From the IMG/VR virus record IMGVR_UViG_3300008267_005860: 64,000 nucleotides of DNA, one strand, 5' to 3'. Source of the stretch: an uncultured virus (IMG/VR IMGVR_UViG_3300008267_005860) (lineage: Duplodnaviria > Heunggongvirae > Uroviricota > Caudoviricetes). This document shows, in pieces, positions 9,060 through 18,966 of the stretch (position 1 is its first letter; each line of letters starts with the position of its first letter). The position numbers were made by a program, and so were the translations under genes. The notes under the pieces are model-generated. The model was not told where the DNA came from, did not search any database, and saw only the letters and a list, made by a program, of their open reading frames with translations.

Positions 9060-12044
9060 ATGTCAATGAAAGAATATGCAGCTAAAAAAGAATACATTGT
9101 AACTCTTTTTAAGCACGAAGATTTAGATCAGTTTTACAATGAAATGGAAAACCAAGGGGGCAAGGGATATGTTCCCGAGCGAGCAGTTGCAGTTATAGAA
9201 AGAAGAGACACTAGTAGAAATACACACTATTGGCTTACTGAATGGGAATCGTTAGAATTAAGAAAAGATTCTCGAGTAAGAAATGTTTGTCTTCATCCAA
9301 GATATCTAGGTATTAGTGCAGGTTTAACTGTGTTGCGAGAGCAAACATCTAGCAACTGGAATAAAAGTTCTAGTACAGGTAACACTATGCTTAACTGGGG
9401 ACTCCTTCGTTGCTACGAGGGCGAGGACAGGGGTGGTTGGGGTAGTAATGGTACTAACAATCAAACTGGCACAATTAAATTACCTGCAACAGGAAAAAAT
9501 GTTGATGTTGTTGTTGTAGACGGTGACGGTATAATTTTTGGTCACCCAGAATATACTGTAAACGCAGACGGCACTGGTAGTTATAGATCAAATCAATATA
9601 ACTGGTTTCAGCATGACCCTGTTGTAAAAGGATCGGCAGCTAGTAACTATTCATACAGCATTTCGGATCATGCCACACACGTCTCTGGAACAATTGCCGG
9701 TAACACACAAGGTTGGGCTAGAGAAGCAAATATCTATAACATTTATTATTATGCTGGTGCAGTAGGCAATAATAATTTTCCCTATGTCATGGATTATGTA
9801 AGAGAGTTTCACAAAACTAAATCTATAAATCCTGCCACAGGGCGTAAAAATCCTACAATAACAAATAATAGTTGGGGAATGAGTATCTTCCCCAGTGAGT
9901 GGTCTTTTGGTGACATAACTGCCGTAACATATAGAGGAACTCGATATACGCCAAGTGGTGCTGTGACTTTTTTAGGTGTCAGCGGCGTTTGTACTTCTAA
10001 TGCTAGACTAGCACAGCTCAACGGATTTGAAAATCATGGTAATAGAATTACCACTACTGGTCCATATACTCCACCGGGCGGTAGTATCCTTTCAATTCCA
10101 GAAACCTGGTTACAGCAAGGTCAGCAGGCATATATTACGCTCGTCGGAGCCACTGGCCCTGATCCAGAGTATCAAGTGTTTGTTCAAGGTCCAGCTGATA
10201 TCAATATTCTCAACAATACTGCCATTGACGTAGTTTCAGGAGCAATGAGTCTAACCAGCGGAATTGAAATTTATGAAGGTGCTAATCCTGTTCCTATAGC
10301 AACATTCAGTGACGGTCCTTATAGTACAACTAATGGTGGAACTGTTGAAGCGTTAATTGAAGAATTCAATATTTCGTTGCCAAACTTTGAGCAGTATATT
10401 ATAAAGTTTACGTCAGCTATAGTTCTAGAAGACGCTAGTAATCCAACATATGCTACTTCAATGAGTGTAACAGTTATTACAGAAACAACTCCAGCAACTG
10501 CTAGTGTAACTACTATTACTAACTCGCTGTTGGGCGCGGCATCTCTTACATCAGCTATAACGCCAAGCCTTGGCAATAACGATGACGGTTATTGGAATCT
10601 TACATTACCATTTAATATAACATATCTCGGTGCAACTTATACTACTATCTATGTGGGAACAAATTTTTATCTTACATTTACTGACGGGTCTACTATATAT
10701 TCTGGTATCAGTGTATCTTCTCCAAACTTACCAAAAATAATGTTGTGCTGCGGCGATAGATCTGTTCAGAGAATTTACTACGGTGTAGAAGGAGCTGAAA
10801 CAGCAACGTACACAGTTACTAATTCAGGAGCAAGTTCTTATACTATTAACTCATCAGCTAATCCTACATTGACATTAGAAAGAGGCGGAACCTATACATT
10901 TAATGTCAGCGCCAGCGGTCATCCTTTTTGGATTAAAACTGCCCAAGTCACCGGAACTGGCAGCGCATATAGCACGGGAGTAACTAACAACGGAACTCAA
11001 TCTGGTACTATAACATTTACAGTGCCTAATGATGCTCCTTCTACACTTTACTACATTTGTCAAGTCCATAACGTTATGACTGGTGTTATAAATGTAGTAG
11101 CAGGATCAAGAACTTACAGAGTACGTATGGAAGGATCAACTGGTACTACTGGAACACTCGGTAGCCCTACTATGGTCTGTGAATATGTATTCTACGAAGC
11201 TACACCAGATCAGATTGATCTACAAATTGGCAGCAATGCAGCAAAGAGTTCAGGTACAGGATTTAGTACAGAACAGTTGAACACTTGGGGATTTATTTCT
11301 GGTCAACGAATTCCTAAACGTGTTGCTGCACTAGACAGTGATATAGAAGACGCTATCCAAGAAGGAATTATGTATGTCGGTGCTGCCGGTAACGGTCGTT
11401 GGAAACATTGCCTACCTGGTGATCCCGATTGGGACAATACTTTTGAAATGGCTACTAGATATCCAGGTAGTGTTGCAGAACCTTACTATTACATGAGAGG
11501 AACTAGTCCAACAGCCAATGACGTATTTGATCCGCAAAGGCCAGTTGGCGACCAGGGTTATAACATACCAAATATCTGTGTTGGTTCTATAGATGTAACC
11601 TCAGGTGATTACAAAGCATCTTACAGTGATTGTGGTCCTGGTGTAGACATATGGGCACCGGGCACTAATATTATCAGCTCACTGACCAGCGGAGTAAGTG
11701 ATTCTAGAAGTTCGGGTACTACTTACTATCTAGGAAAATTTAGTGGAACTAGTATGGCCAGCCCGCAGGTCTGCGGTGTGTTAGCCTGTGCTCTGGAAAA
11801 CAATCCTTTTTGGAATCAAACACAAGCCAAAGAGTATATATTAAGTGTAGCTAAAAATGGTCAGATTACTGCTACTAATGGTGGCCCTGCAGATACTACA
11901 GATTTACAAGGTGCACCTAATAAGTTCTTGTATTATAAAAGAGAACGTTTAGACACAGGAACAATGGTACCTAAACAGGCGGTTGGCGCTAGACCTACTA
12001 CAGGAGCTGCATGGCCAAGGAGTCGAATACGTAGGTTCCGATAA
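9060..12044 (+). CDS. Second S8 protease paralog with an inserted cupredoxin-like domain
   Basis: DVVVVDG, HATHVSG, AAGNG, SGTSMASP, VDIWAPG; colinear with the preceding ORF. Confidence 0.9.
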   Translation: MSMKEYAAKKEYIVTLFKHEDLDQFYNEMENQGGKGYVPERAVAVIERRDTSRNTHYWLTEWESLELRKDSRVRNVCLHPRYLGISAGLTVLREQTSSNWNKSSSTGNTMLNWGLLRCYEGEDRGGWGSNGTNNQTGTIKLPATGKNVDVVVVDGDGIIFGHPEYTVNADGTGSYRSNQYNWFQHDPVVKGSAASNYSYSISDHATHVSGTIAGNTQGWAREANIYNIYYYAGAVGNNNFPYVMDYVREFHKTKSINPATGRKNPTITNNSWGMSIFPSEWSFGDITAVTYRGTRYTPSGAVTFLGVSGVCTSNARLAQLNGFENHGNRITTTGPYTPPGGSILSIPETWLQQGQQAYITLVGATGPDPEYQVFVQGPADINILNNTAIDVVSGAMSLTSGIEIYEGANPVPIATFSDGPYSTTNGGTVEALIEEFNISLPNFEQYIIKFTSAIVLEDASNPTYATSMSVTVITETTPATASVTTITNSLLGAASLTSAITPSLGNNDDGYWNLTLPFNITYLGATYTTIYVGTNFYLTFTDGSTIYSGISVSSPNLPKIMLCCGDRSVQRIYYGVEGAETATYTVTNSGASSYTINSSANPTLTLERGGTYTFNVSASGHPFWIKTAQVTGTGSAYSTGVTNNGTQSGTITFTVPNDAPSTLYYICQVHNVMTGVINVVAGSRTYRVRMEGSTGTTGTLGSPTMVCEYVFYEATPDQIDLQIGSNAAKSSGTGFSTEQLNTWGFISGQRIPKRVAALDSDIEDAIQEGIMYVGAAGNGRWKHCLPGDPDWDNTFEMATRYPGSVAEPYYYMRGTSPTANDVFDPQRPVGDQGYNIPNICVGSIDVTSGDYKASYSDCGPGVDIWAPGTNIISSLTSGVSDSRSSGTTYYLGKFSGTSMASPQVCGVLACALENNPFWNQTQAKEYILSVAKNGQITATNGGPADTTDLQGAPNKFLYYKRERLDTGTMVPKQAVGARPTTGAAWPRSRIRRFR

Positions 12045-12062
12045 ATTATAGTTCCATTTTTA

Positions 12063-12070
12063 GGTAAATA
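12063..12070 (+). promoter_or_regulatory. Late-promoter-like GGTAAATA inside an RBS-covering hairpin
   Basis: Lies between arms 12048-12060 and 12074-12086. Confidence 0.6.
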
Positions 12071-12084
12071 CATAAAACGGAGCT

Positions 12085-15000
12085 ATGATGGCATTATCTA
12101 TTTGGATTCAAGATTCTGGCTACAGTTTTGGTATTCGACAAGAACGCGAAACTGTAGACATAAATTTACCCACTAATAATACGCCCGGAGTTACATTTTC
12201 TGTAATTGCGGGCAAACTTCCCCCCGGGTTAAGAATCTCTGGATATAAAATAGTAGGAACACCCTACGAAGTTCCTCGTACTACTGAATTTAAATTTGTA
12301 ATAAGAGCCACTGCTACATCCGGAATAAGCGATAGAACTTTTTACATGACGGTTGCAGGAGCAGATGAGCCTCAATGGATATCACCGTCGGGCCCATTAC
12401 CAGTCGGCTCAAATAACGCATATTTTGTTCTAGAAACAAGTTATATTGATTTTCAATTAGGTGCGTCTGATACCGATACTGCTGTTGGACAAAAATTAAA
12501 TTATTTTATAGCCAGCGGAGAAGGAGAACTTCCTCCAGGTCTATTAATGACCAGCAGTGGCAGAATAACAGGTTTTATACAGCCGTTGCTACAGATTCCT
12601 GCTAAATCAGGTAACGGTCCTTTTGATACAGATCTCTACGACAGCGTAGCCTATGACTTTGGATTTAGACCGTCAAACGGATACGACTCGTTTGTCTACG
12701 ATTCAACTGTTTTTGACTTTTTTGTACCTACAACTAAACCTAGAAAGCTAAACAGAAACTACGAATTTATAGCCACTATCACTGACGGTGATACTGTTAA
12801 CAAACGCAAGTATAGAATATTTGTAGTAGGAGATGATTTCTTTAGAGCAGACAATACTATTACTAGCTCAGGTAGCGGAACTTTTACCGCTGACGTTACT
12901 TATGTAAGAACGCCTATCTTTACCACACCGGCTAACTTGGGAATTAGAAGAGCTAACAACTATCAAACTTTTAAAATAGATATTTTTGAAGGATTTACAG
13001 ATTTAGGCCCAATTAATTTTAGTTATTGTGATGTTAATGCAAGGATCAGCGGTATTGTAAGAAAAGAATCTGCATCTGATAATAGACAAGGTTTAAATTT
13101 TATAAGGTTTGAAAGAGCTTCCGATGTTCCAAAAATAGGACAATTTGTAAGCTTTGCTGGCGACTTTCCAGGCGCGACTGGAAAAACCTATGATATCATA
13201 GGCGTAGATACCGTAGGTGGGGACACTTACAGGATTACTGTTATTCCTAACCTTGACATGTCTATTCCAGATAGTACAGCAATCTACATTGGTGATAAGA
13301 GTAAACTACCTCCCGGTATGAGTTTCGATGGAAACACTGGAGAAGTATTTGGTGTTGTACCTTACCAATCAGCAGTGACTAGAGAGTTTAATTTTACTAT
13401 TAAAGCAACTAGGTTTGGTCAAAGCAGCGAAACTGCATCTAGTCGAAGACTGTTTACTGTCAAAATATTAGGCGAAGTTGAAAGTGTAATGACATGGAAC
13501 AGTCCTAGCAGCCTCGGCAGTATTAATGCTGGATATGTCAGTGATTTATTTGTCCATGCAACTAGCACATTTAGTCCGCAGATTTTATATCGAGTAACTA
13601 GCGGTAAACTACCAGCTGGTTTAAGTTTAAACTTTGATGGTGAAATAGTTGGTAAAGTAAACGAGGTTAACGATCAAGTAATATATAAAAGCTACTGGAA
13701 ACCTAGCAAAAATTATGCTGTAGGAGATGTAGTAAAGCAAGACAATACTGCTGAAATTAGATCTATAATAAGAAGAAAAAACATAGCTACAGTTGTAACT
13801 ACTACAGATCATAATTTTAAAAACGGAGCATTGACTAAAGTTATAACTGACACTGACAGTTTTAATTTTTACGATTCAGTAAAAATAAATTTAGATCCTG
13901 TCAAAGTGTTGTCAGTAATAGATAAAGAACAAACCGGATCAATTTGGAGAGTAAAATTTGATATTGTTGATCAAAATTTAATGCCATTGGCTCCAGTGTT
14001 TACTCTAGCAGAAGGCAATGCTATATCAACTAGCAGTTTTGTTTGGCCAGTTGTTTCTGCATCTTCTACATCCGGAACTGGAACTGGAGCAGTATTTAGA
14101 GTTGAAAAAGTTTCTAATTTAATAAATCCTATATACAGAGGTGTTACTACAATTAAATTAATTGATCCAGGTGTAGGATATAAGCCTGGAGATTCTATTA
14201 CTGTCAGTGGTAGCCAACTTGGCGGAGTTGACGGGCTTCACGATTTAACATTTGTTACTTCATCGGGGTTAGAATTTTACTATGAAATACGTGGACAAAG
14301 TACCAGTACCTATAACGGAAGATGGCTGGCATTGTCAAGTACTATCGATAGCCTTACACTAGGCTACCCCAATGATCCAGGATTCTTTGGTTCTGGTATT
14401 ATTGGTGTAAGCGTTGGTATAGCATCATTTGAAGGACAAACGCAGGTTCTTCCATTAAATTATTTCAGCTACGAAAACAAAGGCAGAACTACAACAATGG
14501 CCAAAGCCATTGGATCAGCAACAGCTAGCCCTAGTTATTATAAATCAAATGAAGCTCACAATAGCGGATTATCTTTTGATCCAATTAAATGGGACCTTTA
14601 TGAATTCCCTGTTACTGATTTAAGTCTTACTGCCATTGACGGAAATACTTTTATTTTAGATGGTGCAAAAAACACTACTACGTTTGACAGAGAATACACA
14701 TTCACTGTTGAAGCTGCTGATCCTTTGAGATTTAGTGCAGTAGAAAAAACATTTACATTAACAGTAGAAACACCAAACGATGTAAACTACAGCAATATTA
14801 CAGTTAAGCCTTTCTTAAAACCAAATCAGCGAGAACTTTTTAAATCATTCATGAATAATGTTAATATATTTGATCAGAAATATATCTACAGACCCTACGA
14901 TAAAAGTTATGGTATACAAAAAGATCTGCGTATGTTAGTCTATGCAGGTATAGAAACAAGACTGGCTGCAGAATATATCAGTGCCATGGGCAAAAATCAC

Positions 15001-15621
15001 AAGGCAAAAAGATTCAGATTTGGTGAGATTAAATCTGCGGTGGCTAAAACGACTGGCACTAACGACATTGTCTACGAAGTAGTTTACATAGAAATGATAG
15101 ACACGTTAGAGAAAAACGGTAAAACATTACCGTTGTTATTAAAGTTACAAGACAACAATAGACTAGTAACAGTAGATCAAAATAATCAATTTTATGATGG
15201 ACCGCAGGAACTAGATACACAATTTTGGAATAGGCCAATACCATTCAATTCTACCATTGATAGAACTGATGTTTATGTTGGAGATCCTGAAACAACATTT
15301 AGATTCCCAAGCAGTATAAGCTTGTGGCGTTATAGAATACGTAATATGCCAAATACTAAATCTGAAAGAAATTACTTACCGTTATGGATGCGTAGTATTC
15401 AGCCCGGATCAGCAACAGAATTAAATTATACTGCTGCGGTACCGTTGTGCTTTTGCTTACCAGGTAAGTCTGCTGAAATACTGTTAAACATTAAGAACAG
15501 TAATTTTGACCCAAAAATACTAGATTACACCGTAGATCGCTACATAATTGATTCTGTAGACGGTGCCTACGACACGGATAAATATCTTGTATTTAGAAAC
15601 GATAGGACCACATTAACATGA
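12085..15621 (+). CDS. Large baseplate/virion protein with putative Ig-like (LPPGL) repeats
   Basis: Repeated GxLPPGL/LPAGL...GxIxG motifs followed by FTIxA strands; structural cluster. Confidence 0.7.
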   Translation: MMALSIWIQDSGYSFGIRQERETVDINLPTNNTPGVTFSVIAGKLPPGLRISGYKIVGTPYEVPRTTEFKFVIRATATSGISDRTFYMTVAGADEPQWISPSGPLPVGSNNAYFVLETSYIDFQLGASDTDTAVGQKLNYFIASGEGELPPGLLMTSSGRITGFIQPLLQIPAKSGNGPFDTDLYDSVAYDFGFRPSNGYDSFVYDSTVFDFFVPTTKPRKLNRNYEFIATITDGDTVNKRKYRIFVVGDDFFRADNTITSSGSGTFTADVTYVRTPIFTTPANLGIRRANNYQTFKIDIFEGFTDLGPINFSYCDVNARISGIVRKESASDNRQGLNFIRFERASDVPKIGQFVSFAGDFPGATGKTYDIIGVDTVGGDTYRITVIPNLDMSIPDSTAIYIGDKSKLPPGMSFDGNTGEVFGVVPYQSAVTREFNFTIKATRFGQSSETASSRRLFTVKILGEVESVMTWNSPSSLGSINAGYVSDLFVHATSTFSPQILYRVTSGKLPAGLSLNFDGEIVGKVNEVNDQVIYKSYWKPSKNYAVGDVVKQDNTAEIRSIIRRKNIATVVTTTDHNFKNGALTKVITDTDSFNFYDSVKINLDPVKVLSVIDKEQTGSIWRVKFDIVDQNLMPLAPVFTLAEGNAISTSSFVWPVVSASSTSGTGTGAVFRVEKVSNLINPIYRGVTTIKLIDPGVGYKPGDSITVSGSQLGGVDGLHDLTFVTSSGLEFYYEIRGQSTSTYNGRWLALSSTIDSLTLGYPNDPGFFGSGIIGVSVGIASFEGQTQVLPLNYFSYENKGRTTTMAKAIGSATASPSYYKSNEAHNSGLSFDPIKWDLYEFPVTDLSLTAIDGNTFILDGAKNTTTFDREYTFTVEAADPLRFSAVEKTFTLTVETPNDVNYSNITVKPFLKPNQRELFKSFMNNVNIFDQKYIYRPYDKSYGIQKDLRMLVYAGIETRLAAEYISAMGKNHKAKRFRFGEIKSAVAKTTGTNDIVYEVVYIEMIDTLEKNGKTLPLLLKLQDNNRLVTVDQNNQFYDGPQELDTQFWNRPIPFNSTIDRTDVYVGDPETTFRFPSSISLWRYRIRNMPNTKSERNYLPLWMRSIQPGSATELNYTAAVPLCFCLPGKSAEILLNIKNSNFDPKILDYTVDRYIIDSVDGAYDTDKYLVFRNDRTTLT
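15577..15584 (+). promoter_or_regulatory. Late-promoter-like GATAAATA within the 3' end of the upstream gene
   Basis: Exact motif 33 nt before the ATG at 15618. Confidence 0.5.
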
Positions 15622-16940
15622 CCAGTGCAATAGTAGCAAACACTATAGATGCTAATTTTCCAGTAGCAGGAGTTGACAACGACAGTCAAGGATTTAGAGA
15701 TAACTTTAATGTTATTAAAACCGGCTTGTCTACTGCGGCTAGCGAAATTACAACATTACAAGATACCACAGCCAAAATAAACGGTACTAATAACTTTAAC
15801 GGAAATATATTAGATAATCTAGTATTAAGTCGTGCGTGGGGAGGTGCGTATCAAACTACTGCTACTTCAAACCTAGCAGTAAGTCTTACCAACGGTGAAT
15901 ATCAGCTTATTGAAGTAGCAGGTGCTGATAGACTTATTACTTTTGAAGGTTGGCCCAGTAACGACAAATACGGACGTATCCGCCTAGAATTAAGAAGTGA
16001 CGGTACGCAAAGAACTATTACATTTGCTACTACCGGTGGCGGCACAGTTAAATATGAAATTGGTCAAAACCTAGCAGTTGCTACTGGTGCAGTACGAGAA
16101 TTAAAATCCGTACTATCAAATACAACTAGACTTACCTATATTAATTCTAACCTTACATCAGGAATATTTGAAGTTGGTAACACTGTATACGGAACAGGCA
16201 TTACTGGAACTGTAACAGTTTCAGCAGTAACACCAATGACCGGTAATGCAACCGGTACTACAGCTACATTAACCATTGGATACTCTAATATTGTAGTTGG
16301 GGCTGATACTTTTGTAACTATGAGTAGTAGCATTGCATCTGTTACAGATGGTGATCCAGTTAAATTAGCAAGCATCACCGGAGTACCAGAATTAAGTATT
16401 ACGCAAACATACTATGCTTATAAAGTTGGCGGAGATATAAAACTATCTAGTAGCCCAGTAAGTTATGTTGCAATAGCAACCACTGGTGCATATACCGGTG
16501 GGTCTCAAAATGCTTCTTTTCCATTATCAGGCGATGCAAATACTGTGACAATTGATTCAACAAACATGTATGTTGGTATGCCAATTAGCTTCACTGGTAC
16601 AGGGTTCGGTGGTCTATTATCGTTAACTGACTATTTTGTTTCTGCAATTATCAGCGGAACAAGAATTAGAATAGCTACGAATCACGGTGGCACAGCAATT
16701 CAAACTTTTTCAACAGCATCTGGTACACTTACTCAAGTTCCTAGAACAATCCTTACTGTTACATGGGATTCTGGACAGGCAGTAGCATTTGGTTCCAATC
16801 TTACTGTTACTAGAAATGCACAGTCTATAGTAGCACCATTTACTGTTAGTGCAGATACATCAAGAAGAAAAGTAATTGAAGCATGGAAAGATCCATACGA
16901 CAATGTTGTTTATATTAAATTTATTGGCGAGTTTGCATGA
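15618..16940 (+). CDS. Virion structural protein
   Basis: N-terminal FPVAGVDNDSQGFRDNF...EITTLQ segment followed by Thr/Gly-rich beta domains. Confidence 0.65.
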   Translation: MTSAIVANTIDANFPVAGVDNDSQGFRDNFNVIKTGLSTAASEITTLQDTTAKINGTNNFNGNILDNLVLSRAWGGAYQTTATSNLAVSLTNGEYQLIEVAGADRLITFEGWPSNDKYGRIRLELRSDGTQRTITFATTGGGTVKYEIGQNLAVATGAVRELKSVLSNTTRLTYINSNLTSGIFEVGNTVYGTGITGTVTVSAVTPMTGNATGTTATLTIGYSNIVVGADTFVTMSSSIASVTDGDPVKLASITGVPELSITQTYYAYKVGGDIKLSSSPVSYVAIATTGAYTGGSQNASFPLSGDANTVTIDSTNMYVGMPISFTGTGFGGLLSLTDYFVSAIISGTRIRIATNHGGTAIQTFSTASGTLTQVPRTILTVTWDSGQAVAFGSNLTVTRNAQSIVAPFTVSADTSRRKVIEAWKDPYDNVVYIKFIGEFA

Positions 16941-17170
16941 TACACCCTTTGTCTGAAGATTTTAGCCAGCTTAAAGAAACAGAGATTGAAAATAGATTGC
17001 AGGATCTGACTAAAAAATATTGGATCGCTCAAAATCCTGCAGTCAAACAACAAATTTCTACCTTTATAGGTTTATACAGAGAAGAGCTTTCGACAAGAAG
17101 ATCAAAACTTCTCGAGCAACAATACCAAAATAGAGATCAAGGACTTGACAAATTAATAAATGTAAGTTAA
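16937..17170 (+). CDS. Small helical hypothetical protein
   Basis: ATGA overlap with the upstream stop. Confidence 0.7.
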   Translation: MIHPLSEDFSQLKETEIENRLQDLTKKYWIAQNPAVKQQISTFIGLYREELSTRRSKLLEQQYQNRDQGLDKLINVS

Positions 17171-17173
17171 ACT
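17145..17173 (+). promoter_or_regulatory. Sigma70-type promoter TTGACA-N17-TAAACT
   Basis: -35 at 17145-17150, -10 at 17168-17173, ATG at 17180. Confidence 0.7.
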
Positions 17174-17179
17174 TACACA

Positions 17180-17680
17180 ATGAAATTTGACAAATACAAA
17201 AATCCGATCTTTGAAGAAAGGGACCTAATCAATCTGATATATCAAAATCAGTTTGATAAACTGCAAGGTCTTATCTGTGATGACACTGATGATATCAAAA
17301 AACTTTCCCAATTTGAAGATATACTGTTAACTAACAACATTGACAGAGAATATCCTGTTGAAGATTTTGATCAAGCACTTCAACAAAATTGGTTAATGCC
17401 CGATGAATATAAAAACATGGACATCGAAGGATTTCTTGTAAATCAGTGTCCAAAAGAAAATTATCAAAGACTTATAGACGAACTTCAAGAATACAGAGCA
17501 AGAAATATGTTAAATCTATTACGCTGGCTCAAGTATTTTGTTGATACCTGCCGAAAAAACAACATAGTATGGGGAGTTGGTAGGGGTAGTAGTGTAGCCA
17601 GTTATACGCTATATCTGCTAGAAGTACATAAAATAGACAGTTTGAAATATAATTTAGACTGGCGTGAATTTTTAAGATAA
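17180..17680 (+). CDS. Stand-alone fragment homologous to DNA polymerase III alpha (DnaE)
   Basis: GVGRGSSVASYTLYLLEVHKIDSLKYNLDWREFL matches the DnaE GxGRGS...DP..YxLxFERFL motif; only 166 aa. Confidence 0.8.
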   Translation: MKFDKYKNPIFEERDLINLIYQNQFDKLQGLICDDTDDIKKLSQFEDILLTNNIDREYPVEDFDQALQQNWLMPDEYKNMDIEGFLVNQCPKENYQRLIDELQEYRARNMLNLLRWLKYFVDTCRKNNIVWGVGRGSSVASYTLYLLEVHKIDSLKYNLDWREFLR

Positions 17681-17706
17681 GTACATATATAACAAGGAGA
17701 CCTATC

Positions 17707-17922
17707 ATGGCACAAAAAGAAGCACCAAAACAAGTTTATCGCACCATGCAGGGCAAAGAAGTTGATTTAGACAAGCTTCGTAGCCGCAACGAATCTACAC
17801 TAGCAGTTGGTAATGCTAGAGTGAATGCCCGTGGTGACGAAATTGGACCTGGCGGCAAAATTATTCGCAAGCGTGAAGAAATTGTCAATGATTATTATGT
17901 AGGCAAATCAAACAGCAATTGA
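17707..17922 (+). CDS. Small hypothetical protein upstream of groES
   Basis: AAGGAG RBS; preceded by late-like GATAAGTA (17676-17683). Confidence 0.75.
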   Translation: MAQKEAPKQVYRTMQGKEVDLDKLRSRNESTLAVGNARVNARGDEIGPGGKIIRKREEIVNDYYVGKSNSN

Positions 17923-17929
17923 GGCTTTT

Positions 17930-18304
17930 ATGAACGTAGTTAAAGGAAATATCGTCCCACTTCGGGATAATATATTAGTCGCTGACATGAATTTCGAAGA
18001 GCAAACTACTGCCAGCGGAATTATAATTCAAAGCGATGATGGTAAAAGCCACGGAGTTAAACCCAGATGGTGTCGAGTGTGGGCTATTGGTCCTGACCAA
18101 CACGATGTAAAAGTTGGAGAATGGATTTACATTGAACACGGCCGTTGGACACGAGGCATCAAAGTTGATGACAATGGCAACGAGATTATAATTCGAAGAG
18201 TTGATACAAACGCAATTTTACTCCAAGCTGATGAACGCCCATCTGATGCGTACCTGGGCATGGACAGCGGAACTGCTCCGCCAGTTGAAGCTTACAGGGT
18301 ATAA
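17930..18304 (+). CDS. groES: GroES-like co-chaperonin
   Basis: PLRDNILV...EQTTASGIII...VWAIGP...VKVGEWI pattern of Cpn10. Confidence 0.82.
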   Translation: MNVVKGNIVPLRDNILVADMNFEEQTTASGIIIQSDDGKSHGVKPRWCRVWAIGPDQHDVKVGEWIYIEHGRWTRGIKVDDNGNEIIIRRVDTNAILLQADERPSDAYLGMDSGTAPPVEAYRV

Positions 18305-18305
18305 C

Positions 18306-18674
18306 ATGACTAATCCATTTAGAGATCAAGAGAAGTTTATGCGAGCCTGCGATCAAACAGTAGGCGAAAAAAACATTAGTCAATATACAATGTATTATGG
18401 GCTAATCAAAGAAGAAGTTGCAGAACTCATGGAGGCCCATAGTCAAGGCGATCAAATAGAACAGCTAGATGCACTTATAGACATTCTAGTAGTTACTGTT
18501 GGTGCTATACACAGCATGGGTGCAGACGGCGAAGGCGCTTGGAAAGAAGTCATGAAAACAAATTTTGCCAAGATCAATAAAGAAACTGGTAAAGTTCGTA
18601 AGCGTGAAGACGGTAAGGTATTGAAACCCGTAGGGTGGGTGCCCCCGGAGTTAAGACAGTATTTGTCTAAATAA
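18306..18674 (+). CDS. MazG-like/all-alpha NTP pyrophosphohydrolase
   Basis: EEVAEL...DALIDILVV acidic motif and REDGKVLKP tail; start moved to ATG 18306, just after the groES stop. Confidence 0.8.
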   Translation: MTNPFRDQEKFMRACDQTVGEKNISQYTMYYGLIKEEVAELMEAHSQGDQIEQLDALIDILVVTVGAIHSMGADGEGAWKEVMKTNFAKINKETGKVRKREDGKVLKPVGWVPPELRQYLSK

Positions 18675-18677
18675 CTC

Positions 18678-18705
18678 AAAGGGTCTTGACAGACCCTTTC
18701 TTTTT
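18678..18705 (+). terminator. Intrinsic terminator
   Basis: AAAGGGTCT-TGAC-AGACCCTTT followed by CTTTTT. Confidence 0.85.
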
Positions 18706-18714
18706 CGTTATAAT
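18686..18714 (+). promoter_or_regulatory. Consensus sigma70 promoter TTGACA-N17-TATAAT
   Basis: -35 at 18686-18691, -10 at 18709-18714. Confidence 0.88.
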
Positions 18715-18720
18715 GTTCAC

Positions 18721-18966
18721 ATGGGATTCAAAAAAAATTGGGACATTGGAGACATTGCTTCTCAAATAAACTCGCTGGTCATTGAAATTAATTCAAGGCA
18801 TAATGACGGATTTACTGCATGGTATTCGAAGCAAGACCTGTGGCAGATCAAATGGCTAGTTGATGATGCAGTAAACCGTTCCACAGACTTTGGCCAAGAC
18901 GAAGAGCAATGGCTTAAAGAACAGGATCAAAAAAGAATGTGGCAAACTCTTAAAGGTGACAAATAA
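18721..18966 (+). CDS. Hypothetical protein
   Basis: Directly after a consensus promoter; coupled to the next ORF. Confidence 0.7.
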   Translation: MGFKKNWDIGDIASQINSLVIEINSRHNDGFTAWYSKQDLWQIKWLVDDAVNRSTDFGQDEEQWLKEQDQKRMWQTLKGDK

